Shown in pieces: positions 13,084 to 26,115 of a stretch of 64,000 bases of DNA; the first letter of the stretch is position 1, and every line of letters starts with the position of its first letter. This DNA comes from Ramazzottius varieornatus (taxonomy: Eukaryota; Animalia; Tardigrada), in NCBI GenBank assembly GCA_001949185.1, contig BDGG01000001.1:5757527-5821526 (forward strand), in the 5' to 3' direction. Position numbers and translations under genes: made by a program. A model generated the notes under the pieces. It searched no databases and had not been told where the DNA came from. It saw only the letters and a program-made list of their open reading frames with translations.

Positions 13084-14649
13084 TCAATGCCAGTATTCGT
13101 GATCGGAATCACCTGCCTCACTGGCGGACAGGCGGAACTGGTAGTCCTCGTACTCCTTCATGCTGGTACAGGACGAAAACGCTTTGTACTTGTCGGTTAT
13201 CTGTGAGAGACACGTACAGACGGCTGACTTGAGGTGAACCAAACAAAACGGAACGGCTTCGGGAGGAAGCGGAAGTGCCAGCTCTCCCACTGCAACCTTT
13301 CGGCCGAGGAACGATATGAGAACCGCCAGTTTCACAAGATCGTCGATCAGACCTTGACCACGAACGTTGGCCGTTGCTTCTTCGATTTCCACGTCGTAGA
13401 CTCCGGCAACGCACTCGGCGATCAGCTCGTCGAATCTAGAGTGAAACCACATCAAGTTAGAATGGTAGTCAAACAACGTGGAAACTGAAGGACGTACTGG
13501 TGTTTTGGCATATTCCAGCTATGACGATTAGGGAACCGATCATCGATCGTCTCACGAGACTGTCGCAGCCATTCTAGCTGGACCCTCGAGTACGGTAGAA
13601 TGATAGGTCGGAGTAAGAATGCCATGTGGCGGTGGACTGCAGATTCAGACAGTGGACCCTGGAAAGAGAACTTCGGCAGCGAAGCTTCAGCGCGGTCCCA
13701 TACGCAAAACGAGTAAGAGAGGAAAAATGGGGGGAGTTCCGTGTCAAAAAATGGCGGAAGTTCCCAGTATAATGTAGTCTTTTCATACTCAGCATCAAAA
13801 GGTAGGACGATATTGCAGTTCATGAAGCTGTATGTCACTTGATGTTGGACCTTGGTGATTGCCAGCCTCTCCAGCCACGACGTATAAAACCCAAAGGCGT
13901 TTCGGGCTTTGAGCATGACAACGTGTCGGAGATGCGAATTAGCCACCAGGGATTCCAGGACCTGACTTCGAACGAAGAAGCTAGTCATTGTCCTTCCAAT
14001 CATCCAAGGCTCTTGTGGACGACCTTCTCTTCCGAATTTGATAATCAGCACTCTGCATTTGCTGAGCGCCGATCGCAGGAGTTCGATGTGGACGCTGTTG
14101 GGGTCGTTGACTGTACCAAGCGACGAGAGGAACGGAATGGGGCCTTGGTCGATGAGCAGAACTTTGGGAAGGTTTTCCAACATGCCCCTGAACGTTCGGT
14201 CCACTCTACAGAAGCAGAAGATGGTTCGTGTACGGTTGGCCTCGTCTACCTCGGACATATCAAAGTATCATAGGGTCCCCATCACCCAACATGAGCTGCG
14301 CAGTGACGCAACAAACTTGCAGTCACTATAATGACGTCAGCCAGAACAGGTCGACTGCATTTTCCATTTTTCAGTGAAACTATCAAGAGCCTTACCTCCG
14401 CTTGTCCAGTTTGTGAAACCATCCCAAGTGCTGGAACACTTCAGCTTGTATCATGTACGGTATGTCGTCCCATCTGACTAGCTGGGACAAGGAAGTGGTT
14501 TGCAGCTGGTCGTTGAAGAGGTACGGATCGTCTTGATCTAACATGGTCCAGCTGATCGGTAGCAGCGTAGCGCAGACTGAGATTCTGTTGGACTGCTGCC
14601 GCAATTGATCCACAGCGAAGAGTGTCGAGACTGCTACAGCTGCATCCAA
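13084..14649 (-). pseudogene. F-box-like gene, probably pseudogenised
   Basis: F-box-like start WDDIPYMIQAEVFQHL in exon 14649-14396. The intron 14395-14326 joins in frame to ORF 14258-13452 but passes an in-frame TGA at 14270-14268. Continuation into ORF 13476-13084 needs a frameshift. Confidence 0.5.
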
Positions 14650-14807
14650 TCTAGTTCAAACATTCTGTTTACAATGGTCCATGTCGGTATTAGAGACAAA
14701 TGACGGATGTCACGGATTAGCCGTAACTTAACGCTATTTCCCTCCAAAGCTATTTCCATGACCAGGATATCGCCCCACAGTACACCCTGGGGTGGGGAAC
14801 CCAACTA

Positions 14808-15726
14808 AAGTCTCGGTCCCCCGGGCTCGGAGCCTGTTCAACGGACTAGACAGTAGGCAAGCGCGGCAAACGCGCGCCAGAGTAGTGATGTTCTAATATA
14901 GTAATATTATATTTAAGTAGATGATAGTAGATGGTTTGAGCATCTACTATATTTAGTAATATTTAGTAAACAGAATGGGGCACCGCTTTCCAATATTCAC
15001 ATTTTGGTAGCTTGAAACTGGAAGTGCGATATTTTATTATTACTAAGTTGTCCATCATCTATAGTAAAATATATTTTAATACGGGTAACGCTACCGCTGA
15101 TTCGAAAAACTGGTTGATTTGCTGAGTTCTGATGCGTGTGCGTTGGTTTCTCGATGTGCGACTACGCCTTATAAAGTGCGCCACACCATAATGATGCCTC
15201 TACAGCAGCACAGTAGGGCTACTGCAAAATAAATACCCTTAAACATCGTGCACCTGCATACAGTCCAACACTCTAACCGGCCATATTACAGTGTGCAGGT
15301 GCAGGGTGGAAGCTGTACTACAGTGTTTTTCCTGATCTGATGGTTGTGATTCTGAATCTTCAGATCTTCCGTCGACCTCTCCGTTATTAAAATATAATTT
15401 AATAACAAACCCCGAAAGTTCTACTATAGTAATATTTTATTAAATCAGGTAGACGTTTTACTATAGTAGTGGTCACTTATTAGAACTTTGATGGACGCCG
15501 GATATTTATTTTTATTATATTAAATCTCATTAATCCATATTAGAACATCACTACGCCAGGGCCCGAAAATCTGACGGTCCAGACTACGTGACCAGGGAAG
15601 CCTGAAGAATATCTCATGGACCAGCTTGGGGGCCCTTTCTGATACAAGGGGTCCCCCTAGCTAGTCCCCCATTATAAATCTGGACCCCTGTGTTAAATTG
15701 CCCCGAAATCCCGTGGACCGAGACTT
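14808..15726. mobile_element. Older TIR element (MITE) hosting the nested hAT-type MITE
   Basis: Inverted repeats aagtctcggtcc (14808-14819) and ggaccgagactt (15715-15726), with further partial symmetry inward. No clear TSD. Confidence 0.5.
14883..15553. mobile_element. hAT-type MITE with 17-bp TIRs and 8-bp TSD
   Basis: TIR tagtgatgttctaatat (14883-14899) / atattagaacatcacta (15537-15553). Flanks cgccagag (14875-14882) and cgccaggg (15554-15561) match at 7/8. AT-rich interior. Confidence 0.85.
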
Positions 15727-15979
15727 GCTTCTACGGTTTTACCATTGCGGGCCTTAAAATCTCATGTACCACGGGTCCACAAGGAGACTGGCTGACGCGC
15801 GCTTGAAGTGCGGCGAGCACAGACCGATGGACAATGCGACCACTTGATAATCGGTTTCGAGGGTGACCCCTAAATTATCCCTGTTCTTATTGATTTGATT
15901 GGATCCATCCAATTTGTTAATTCTCCGAATTTTCTCCCCCTTTTTTGCCACATTCCCTTCTCTGTTGAGCTTTTATATC

Positions 15980-16791
15980 ATGGCCATGGGAAAGAAGAAG
16001 CGCACGCCAGTGGAACCTATCATCGAGGAAGATGCCATTCCTGAGTTCGTCAGACCTCCTCAGTCCAAGATTATTGTCAAGGTGAAGTGCAGCGACGGAC
16101 AGATTTTCTCCATGAAAGCTACAACTGCTCGCGTAAGAAATTTTCTCTGCTTTCATCAAAACTTCTGTCAATATTATGCTCTTTCCGCAGCAATCAAGAA
16201 TAATTGGCGAGTTATTGGATGAACTAGAAGCTGCAGGAGGAGACCTAACGAAGCACAGCTTTCCGCTCCCCAAAACAATCAAATCTCGGATATTTCGAAA
16301 GGTACGGTAAGCGTTGATTACTTGATTCACTTGCCATGTGATTCGTTTGTGCTCACGCATGGCGTCACCGCGGCTGCTGCTTGTCTGGTACAACGTCATG
16401 CGTTGCTTGATATAGTAAGTGCAGTATCGTGCCAAGGTGCTTTCTTGTTGTTTAGATTTTGCCCTGGCTTCAGCACCACGCGAAGGATACTGACGCTGAG
16501 TCTTGGCAGCTGACCAAGCGTGAATCTGACATTCCTGAGTGGGATCAAGCGTTTATGCAGAGCGCGAAAGATGAGAACGTCTTTTACGATATGATGAACG
16601 CCACGGATACACTTGATATCAAAGTTTTACGGAGTCTTTGCTGTAAGTGCGTTGCTCATAGTTTGCGCGGCAAGACCGTGGAGCAGATGAGGCTGATGCT
16701 GGGCATCGAAAGTGATTTCACCCCTGAGGAAGAGGAAAGGAATAAACTGGAAATTGATTTCTTAACTCGCAGGATGAATCGGTTGCTGTGA
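15980..16791 (+). CDS. SKP1: Divergent SKP1-family protein (~199 aa)
   Basis: Exons 15980-16132, 16191-16301, 16456-16791 join in frame. POZ region (VKVKCSDGQIFSM...ARQSRII...FPLPKTIKSRIFRKILPWLQHH) and dimerisation region (DIPEWDQAF...ATDTLDIKVLRSLCCKCVAHSLRGKTVEQMRLMLGIESDFTPEEEE). Confidence 0.9.
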
Positions 16792-17203
16792 GTTCTTTTT
16801 GCTTCTCGGTCGACTGCTGTACTTCGGCTTCTAACATGCTCTTGTATAGTTTGATTTCTAATTTTTCTAGTAGTTTTTTATTAGTAGCAAGGTATTGCTA
16901 ACATCCAAAGGGTAGTTCGAGTATCGAGTGTTTGGTAGTGTTTGTCATTCCACCTGGTGCATCCCTTTCCGGATGAATTCCTCCACGGAAACAGAAACTT
17001 CAATTTGGTAAAGCGTCGTACAGAAAATCTAGACGATTTTGCACTGGTCTGCAACGTTTCATTTCATGAGTAAAACTGTCCATCTGTCATGTGCGAATCA
17101 CAAACCAAAAATGTGCTAGCAGCAACGTGGAATTAGCAAAGAAAAAGGCGTAAAATCAACAAAGACAAGACAGTGTAAAACAATGCATTGGACAATCTTG
17201 AGA

Positions 17204-19698
17204 TCAGACCAGATCGGAGTTCCATATTTCTTCCAGAAAACTGTAAAGAAGAAAAATCCATCACGAACCTGATTAGAAGAACGAGTGTAGTAAATATGAC
17301 AAATAACCTTTTTGCATTATGTATCGTCGTTCCACCGATACAGACCCTGCAGGAAGGGTTCGCTTTGTTCAGCTCGTGAATTGCGAAAGCTTCTTCGTAA
17401 GTCATCCCGCCCAATATAAAAACAAAGACATCCTGCGGCCTCTCCCGCATTTGTGCACCACCCAAAAATGGATAGCTAGCTTCTTTCAGCCGGTTCTTGA
17501 CCAGCTGATCGACTAGATCCTTCACTAACGGTGCGTGCTGCGTGTAAATATTCTCCACGCCCTGATGGAGAAAACCCACGAAATCAGCCAAGAGAAAAAC
17601 TCCTTCCGTTGAAAAGATAGGAAAACGAGTTTAAGAACGGATCCCGAAACCGCAATGAGAATTTACCCGAATGCCTTTGGCTAATCGTCGCATGAAAGCA
17701 TTCGCACTGACTGTTTCGCTGTGGAAAAGGTCAGTGAGGCGGAAGCGAGCGCCTCCAAAGCGGATGAGCTTGTCGGACAGCTGCAGCCATCGATCTGGTG
17801 CACCCTTCCTCCTCAACAGCTCTGTAAATGTGTGCGAATCTCTCGCCGGATCCCTTTCGAAACGCAGGTTGTACAGCAGGACCAGTCGCAAGGCATCCAG
17901 AGTGGTCACTTTGGGATTCGTGATGACTTGGCGCATTCTCTACAACAAAAAACTACCTCATCAAACTACTCCGTTTTACCAACGCTACAGTGGCCAAAAT
18001 ACCCTACTGCAGTGCATCACTAGAATATTATTGGTTTCATTGTGATTTCCACTAAAAAAGCCAATATGGTTGTTTACCTGTACGCACTCCGCATGGTCCA
18101 AATGTCCAGCGACCAGCTCTTGTTCAAGTTCGGACACTTGTAGGAGATCGTTCTGCGCAGTTAATCGCGATAGTTCGCCAACCAACGTCACGTGCTTCGA
18201 TACCGCACCGGAAATCTTCTTGAACTGGGGATAATTTTCTATAAAATTCTGAAAAACAAAGCCGGAATGATGAACGCCATTAAAGTATCCTATGGTCAAG
18301 AAAACAATTAGGCAGACTGATGAAGGAAAGTATATACTTTCATGTCGGTAACGGATTCAACTTTGGCGTGCATTTTGGCTTTGGTCTGGTACTCTTCCAT
18401 CAGCTGCTTGATACTCATGGCGATTTCACCAAAATTACTATATTTGTTCGCGGAGTAGAACTCGTCAGACTCTGACGAAAGGACAACTTCTTGCATTTCT
18501 CGCGAAACATTGGGGACATCGGCTAAACTGACACGGTTGTTGTTGATGCCAAGAAGTTCATGGACCATTGCCTGATATGTCCACTGCAATCAACACAACA
18601 AGTTGACGGTAAATACTTTGAGAACTGGAAGGTTGTGGTTCCTGCCTGGTTTAAAAGAGGAGACACGGAGTCTTCTCTTCTGTCCAGTATCAGAAGGACA
18701 GGTTGAGGTCCATTACTCCGAAAGTCGAACAGTGCGGACTCTTTGGCCATTAACTGTCGTACACGCTCCGCTAGTCGATGTGCCATTTCGGAGGAGTTCT
18801 GGTACCGTATTGCAGGTGCTTTCTTGAGGGCGAGTAAAGCCGAGCTCAGGCCTTGCATGACTCGATTCAGAGTTTCAGGGACCCAGTTGAACTCGTGGTA
18901 GACATTGGGAATGTTCAGGTGGAAGACGTGCGGACTCACAGCCAAGTAATCTGCGTAGAATTCCTGGGATAAGGAAAAACGAGTCAGCTTCAGGACGTGA
19001 AGGTAGAACTGAGATTAGCTATAATTATAAGGACGAAGGAATACTTCGGGGAGCTCGAAAGTGAAAACTTCAGCATAGCGGCGCATGACGTTACGAAGTA
19101 CGGTTAATAAGTCGGCTCACACGAAAACGTACTGCGCCGCTATAACAGGTAAGAAATATCGATAATACTGTATTTGTTATTTTACCTGAATCTCCTTAAC
19201 GATTTCTTGCTCGTCGCATTCGGCTAGCTGCTTGATGTCCGTCTTAGGAATGATATTACTGAAGTCTAAAAAAGCATATCTATGTTCGAACAAAAGTCCA
19301 CTAAAGTGTGAGGGGGAATAAAACCATACAGACGTAGTAGCTGCCGTATTTGGGATGCTTGAATTCGTGGCAAAGCGCTTCGACATTCTCCCTTGTCGGT
19401 CGCACGAAACAGATGCATTTCAGATGCTTCATCAGTTCTCGGTTTGCGCCGGCATCGATCCGCTCGAAAAGGTACACTTCTTTGCGCAGAATCTCGGACT
19501 GGGAGTAAACTACACTGACCACGGAGATCTACAACAAAATCTCAAAAAGAACCTTAGGCTTCGGAATGAGTCGGGCAGAGTCGCAAAGACGATCAACTTG
19601 CCTACCGTTTCCTTATCCATAAGCAGAACTTTCATGCCCGGACCAGACTCGTCAATCATCTTGTTGATATACATTCGCACGGCCAAGAGAAGGTCCAT
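17204..19698 (-). CDS. VPS45: Vacuolar protein sorting-associated protein 45 (Sec1/Munc18 family), multi-exon
   Basis: Conserved segments: [31 protein letters not shown]; [17 protein letters not shown]; [35 protein letters not shown]; [26 protein letters not shown]; [11 protein letters not shown]; [18 protein letters not shown]; [14 protein letters not shown], with stop at 17204-17206. Confidence 0.96.
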
Positions 19699-20395
19699 GA
19701 TGGCGGAGGACTGAGATGCCAAAGATGTTCCAGCTGTTCCGAAAATCCGACAAGGGACGTATCTTCCCTTTGCTCAGAGTCTCAGACAGAGACAGTGGTC
19801 ACGGTTACGCCCAGAACATCACGAACTCTTTTCAACTGCAGGTAACGACTTGGGAGTTCGGCGTCTGTTTACAGGAGGGCAGAATCACGAAGCATTCCAG
19901 GAAGGCAAAGAGAATGGAGAAGGATATACGATCATGCGGGATTCGGGGATCAACAAACCACCCCGGAGACGGTAATTGTATGTGTATATCGTGAGGATGA
20001 CAGTTTATCAGGTGAGGTAATGATGCATAACATAACATACGTCTTACCCAGCTGTTGCTTGCTGATTTGTTTTTCTTTGTCAAAGCCACTCCACAGAGTC
20101 GACTAGATTATCGTTTTGATAGACGATCGCGATCGACGTAAGTCTACTTTCCGTTTCCGGTAAACCAACAGTGACTGTGTTGGCGATAGCATAGACGATT
20201 ACCAGTTTGAGGAACTGGACAAGAAAGACGTACCTTGGCGCCCCAGGTGAGCAAGCTCACACTAGCAGTCTATTGGCTTCAACTGTTTTCATTCCGTGTT
20301 CCTTCCACTATCGAGTGTTGTTTTGTTGGCAGATTTTTCTTTCCTGAGTTTCCGTGATATTCTTCACCTCCTGGGGGATACCTCACGGCGCCATT

Positions 20396-22080
20396 ATGGA
20401 CTCCCGATCGGGTTTTATTGCCATACTTGTTTTGGTTGTTCAAGGTTGTCTTTCAGCTGCACGTAAGTTTCTAAATCAATCAACAATCAAGTTTGCAGGT
20501 ATGGAGTTTTTGCCCAGCTCATCCACGTTAACTCAATTTCCGCAGAGGACGATACTTCTTTGGGAGGTCGAAAAATACCTCTAGTCCGTGAGGAAGCCTT
20601 CTTTACTGGTAGGGACAAGAAAATTTACAAGTTCTTACGATTAGACTGCAAGAAGCCTGTGATATGGCTGACTTCCGGTTCGCACATTTCAGGTTCTCCA
20701 TTAACATTAATAACATCTTTCGCCTTTCGGGGTTTTTTTTGCAGAAAGTGGTGATGGTGGTACTGACTTGATGGGCATTGACTTCACCGTCCAATACTTC
20801 TGCATGTTCTTCAGCAACTCTTCGTACGCCTGTAAAAGCGACTGTCTCGACGGAACGAACCTCTTCACCCGCAACGTTCCCGACAAGCCCGACCTGAAAT
20901 ACACCGATCTGAACTGCTCGATAGACATCCCACCCACCGGTGCCGTATGGCGGGGCCAGCAGGGGATCCTCAAGAACAGCTACGTCGATCGAACCATTAA
21001 GCCTCCTTACATTGTGGCCACCTGTGCCTTCTACACTTCCGGCTGGTACGAATGCCAGGGTGTGGCTGACTGTTCGGCCGGCAACGTGGGTTTTTTGACT
21101 TGTGCTGGCAGCGCTCCATGGAGAGGGTACTACCAAGGGACAGCCGAGCATGGTTTCACGGGAAACATTACGGCGGAAGCTATGAACGCACCACCGATGA
21201 TGAACCCATCAGGACCATCGCCGGTCCAGCCTGGTAGACCAGGTCCTGGCGATATGCCTCCAACTCGCGTCCCGTTGACCAGCCCAACAGGTACATCGTT
21301 TATAGAACTATGAATTTTACGTTAAGCGATACATTTCGTCGTGAAGTTCTCACAAGCGAGAGGGCGTTTACATCGAGCCACTTCAAGTTCGCTGGTAGTG
21401 GCACAATTTGTACCAGTTTTGTACCAGCGGATGCGCGACATCATCAGAGCGCGATTGAATTTTCCATGTGACGCATCTTGTTCTGGTGTTAGTATCGAGA
21501 GGTGCGCCACAACTGGCCGAGTAGTACGGTTTCCATCGGAGTTGAACTCTAAACTCGGCTTATGTCTTTGCAGGTGTTGCCAAGAAGGTTGTGGCGTCCT
21601 GCGAGAAGTTTGCCGAGACGGACAGCTCTTGTTACAGTGTGGCAAAGTCCTGCGGTACTATTGCTGGAAAGAGAAGCTGCAACAGCAAGCACGTGCCCAT
21701 CAGGCCGAGAAACGACGAGCTGTATCGTATTTTTGGTAAGTGTTCTTCTGAACTGAATCTGCGAATCTGTCGCGACGTTTTGTTATTTCTTTTCGTTATA
21801 GATTTAGTGGTGTCATCCTTGGAGGAAAGTTCGGTGGCGAAGGCCGCGGACATTGTAGCCCAGTGTCACTTCTACGATAACCGTGAGTACACTTGTGGTT
21901 TCCCTTTTGCTGCGGACTTCAGACAGTCCCCTTCATTCAGCCTTCGACCAACCACTGGCACTTTCTACCGGGCTTCTTACTAACTTGCTGAAACTTTCCT
22001 ACCGTAAAGTACTTCTTCCGAACCAGTCTGAGCACTGAGTTACCTTCTTCGTTTCAGAATCTGATGCCTGTGAAAATTGA
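20396..22080 (+). CDS. Secreted cysteine-rich protein with two related modules separated by a Pro-rich linker; family unknown
   Basis: Signal peptide MDSRSGFIAILVLVVQGCLSA. Approximate exons 20396-20462, 20546-20677, 20745-21290, 21574-21735, 21801-21882, 22058-22080 keep frame. Both modules end in IVA-x-C-x-FY...C. Confidence 0.7.
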
Positions 22081-22205
22081 CACTTAATGGTTTACGTTTT
22101 TAAACTCAAACAGAAGGAAAAGAAAGACGAGTTACAAGCAGGAAGTAACAGACGAGTGGACTGACTGAACAATAAAGTCTAGCTAGGAAATGTCGCGGGA
22201 AGGAG

Positions 22206-25200
22206 TCACCGCGAAGCGGACTTTTTTGCATCGTCAGGGGAGCACCTGTAAAAAGAGGCCAATTCGGTGACAGAAGGACTAACTCGTTGTTGGGACTTCC
22301 TGCTTACGTGAGGTATCCGTTTCTTCAGCTTCCGCTTCGACAGAGACCGTAGATTATAAATTCTCTTCATCGGCCTGGGTCGAGCAGTTGGCTCAGTCGA
22401 GACAGACGTCTTCGCCAAAGGTGGCGTTCTTCTCACCGCACTAGTGCTCGGAAGTGATCCGGTCGACGTGACTGTCGAAGCGGTCGTTGAATGGATGGTG
22501 GAACTGTTGATAGCGCTGGTGAAATGCCTCAGCGACATCTTGGTGATATTCGGTGAAGGTGCTACTTCCTCTTCGTCCTGCGGGACGAACTCTGTCAAGT
22601 CAAGACCCTGGTCTGTCATTTCCGTCGTCTTCGAGGCCTTAGGGATGTTGCGGTCTGAAGGTACTATTGATATCGAGAATGGTGAACCTGTGCGGACTCC
22701 GTTCTCTGCTTGGTTGGTCCTGCTTTCGTGCTCGTGTAAAGAAGTGTCAGAGCTCATGGCCGTTTGCTCCATTAGCAAACTTCCGCCATCATCGGCCTTA
22801 GTAGCTAGGGACTTTGACTTTCTGAGTGATTTGTTGGACTGATTGCTCGATTTTGATTGAAGCATTGTTTTACTTCCGGTCGGCGTTCTTGTGTCTTTGG
22901 CCATGTTGGTTCGGCTCCGGCTGGAAGAACCCAGCACGGCCTTATCACGGCTCACTGAAGGCCGTGCTGGGGTTACAGGTAACGGTGGCTGAGGTTCTTC
23001 GACGCCTGTTGATTCGTCGTCATCGGGAAGATCAATTGGCTGTGAATCGTCTGGAGATGGGTTCATCTGTCGTCGCTCTGGCGAGAATGTGGGCTGTGAA
23101 CTCTGGTTAGCCCTCCGTATGCGATCGGTAATGGAGGTAGGAACGTCGATTTCCGCAGGAAGGACTTCTTGTGAGAGACTTGGCTGGACACTAATGGCTC
23201 CATAACTGTCCTGCGGATGTATGACAGTAGTTCTTGTAGGAATAGGTATCTGAGGAAAAGAAGTAGGAAGGAAAGACTGAGAAGTTTGCAGCTGGGTGGG
23301 CGCGACGGAATTCAGGAACTCTTCTTCGCTCGGCGATAAGAACGCCAGCCGGGCACAGTTTTGGATGGACTCTGTCGACGAAGCTCCAGACAAAGCCTAA
23401 AAATTCCGCAGTGAATAAAAAATCTTGTCCATGAGAGCGAGCTAGAACATTATAGGGCTCTAAGAATAGCTGTCATGAATTCTCAAAATGTGCTTTTGTG
23501 CCAGCAAACTGGACCTGGAAGTAACATTGTCAGGTATTTACCACTCCAATCCGATTGCGGACATTGTCTCCCTCCTGGAGCGAAACAGCGCTGGAAGACT
23601 GACTCTGGCCAAGATCGACTTCCTACGATTGAACGGAGGTTAAAGGTAGAAATTCCGCTCATACACAGTGAGAAAAAAGGTGTAGATATCTTTTTGCGGC
23701 AATTCTCAAAATGAATATTACCGGTCCGTTTCCTCGAATGTAAACCCGGATGTAGCCTCCGCTTCCCTGCTCGTGTATTCTAGCTAACTGCTCCTCGATA
23801 ACGTCGAGCTGTTGGAGTACTGTACTTTCTTCTACGGAAATCCAGTCAACAGATAAGTTATATCGATAAGAATGCTGAGCTTCAGAAGTCATCCCACAGA
23901 AATTATAAGCATCGAACGTGGATAGACTGACCAACACCGACAGATTTTCAAAACTTTAATTTGTTTTCGATAATTAAGGCCCATACCCAAAACTTCCTTC
24001 CATGGTGCACCGGACAGCGAAGGGATACTGTCCAGAGCAAAAATTGCCCACTAGTTTCCATGGTTTGGTAAGAAAAACAATCGCCACAAATGGCCCACAA
24101 TGGCGACAGAAAGAATTCCTGGGGAAAACACAGCTGTGCCGAAACAGATCTCGAAGAATGCGTATAACTTAAGTTGTCAAAACTGTCTGTCAACAGCGTG
24201 AAAGACGAAATTTGAAAACTACAAGAACACACCACTTGAAACTTGAAAACTATCCGTATCATCACTGTCGGAAAAAGGCTCTTCGAACTTGTAAAACCCC
24301 AAATAACTAAAATTTTTGGACTGCGGATTCAGCGCAGGAATCTGCGACATCTGGCGCCCAGTTCTGAAATTATAGATAGATCTCGCACTTGCAAGGTTCG
24401 CCCAGAGTTAGTGGAGCCAATCCCAGATCTTTCCGTAAGTGCGTCTGATTTCTGGTAACGACGTCGTCGAACGCAACCCGCAGAACATCAGTCGTTCTCT
24501 GTCGCCAACTCTGCCCCCGTGCCTCCCTCCATCTGTCGCCGCCAAAGCAGTAGCAGTACTCCTTTGTTAATTCTGCAAACATCAAGAAATCGGGCATGCT
24601 GAAAAATACGCGCTGTTTCAAAGTGAGGTACGCACGGTAAATCACTTCCAGCTTGGTCTGGTTTAAACAGACGTCCTCGAACTGGGCTGCTGCAGCGTCC
24701 TTGTTGGCTGCGCAATGGAGCAGTTCCTCAGTCGAAAACATCCAACTCAGGGCTGCCCTGTATCAATACCAATGACAATCAACCCACTTGGTCAGAAATA
24801 TGGCCGCCTCCAGACGGATAATGGGAGGCCATCAGACAACCTCGGGATGATCGTCATCTCGAGTGGCGCATATTTCCAGCCACCAATGAAGAAAACTGCG
24901 CCACTTGAGACAGCGTTCATGCAGAGACTGTCGGCCGGCCTTTAAAATCCCAACGATTACTGCTTACCCAATAGCCTCCTTCCAAGAAGACTGGGCAAAC
25001 ATGGCAGTCTACAAAATGGAACCGAAATTCAAGTATCCTCCAAACGTCCGAAGTAATACAAAGGAAAGACGAGCTTCGTCAAATACCGTACCCGTAGATC
25101 ATCGATCCGGACCATGCCAATGACCGGCGAGCTGATTTCCTCCGGGTAAGAAAAGTATTGTGGACTGCAAAATTCAACTGGATGGTCTTCAGGCAAACGG

Positions 25201-25610
25201 CCTTCGCGATCGGAAAAGACTGGTGTGATGGTCTTGTCATAGTCGTCCGCGAAGAAGCCCACTTTCTCCTTGGACGAGGTCGCAAGAGAGTAATGGCTTG
25301 ACTCACAGTCCAAGTAGATGGAACCTTCGTTGACGATCCCTCTTGGAGAAACGGGAGTGGATGCCTTCCGCCGTTCAGAATATGCGTCAGCGCTCATCGT
25401 TTCCTCGTTGACGAAGGCAAATTTCAGCTGCCTATGTTCCATAGCTTGAGGTGGAAAGTTCTCTCGTGGTGACTCCGGTGCGATCGACGAGATGTCTCCG
25501 CCAAACGACAATGTCAACTCTGGAGCGGAAGGCTGGAGTCGGAGGGGTGGAGGAACTCTCTCTCTCCATCGGCGTAGCTTCTCGGAGTACGAATCATCCG
25601 CCATGGTCAT
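22206..25610 (-). CDS. Large multi-exon, largely disordered protein with a central BEN-like domain
   Basis: Long ORFs 25610-25091 and 23397-22206 (S/T/P-rich, basic C-terminal patch KRKLKKR). Spliced middle reads VRIDDLRTAMFAQSSWKEAIGAALSWMFSTEELLHC...LNQTKLEVIYRAY, matching the BEN pattern (F-s-x-E-E-L ... L-d-x-x-k-l-x-x-I). Exons between 24380 and 23400 only partly resolved. Confidence 0.55.
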
Positions 25611-26115
25611 GGCCGGCAGTTCGGAGCAAACGAGTCGTCTGTCTATCTGTGGTCCTTGGACAAACCAGTGAGCTGGCCATAGAGCCTTCCTACCCCACAA
25701 GTAACGAGGTAGTGGAGCGGTACCTAACAAGACCATCAAGACCGCCTTGCTCCAGAAGGAAGAAGATTCCGGAATCCGGATGTATTTTAGTGTTGGCTGC
25801 GTTGCGGCCTTGGAAGTTGTGAGGTTTGTCTCGAATCAAAAGATCGAGATCAATCAACCCAAGGTGTTTGCGAAAGTGGTTGGCTAGCGTGACGTCGCGT
25901 TTTCATAATGTTCGCAGTGACGTCATGGCTTGAGTGCCGCGCTCCTATTGTTGTTGAAGTTCCGACGTGAATCAAGCCAGAAACAATTCGTCAACCTCAA
26001 ACAAGAACTCGCCTTGCCATAAAAAAAGATTGAGGGTGAAATGACAATTGGTCAAATAAAGAATACAGAAGATGAAATCAGAAGAGCAACACTGGTTTTA
26101 ATTTTTAAACCGTAA

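Noticed and set aside
14268-14665. In-frame TGA codons in the F-box-like gene, hinting at selenocysteine or readthrough
   Set aside because: A frameshift in the same gene and no recognisable SECIS or redox motif make pseudogenisation (e.g. CGA->TGA) the simpler explanation.
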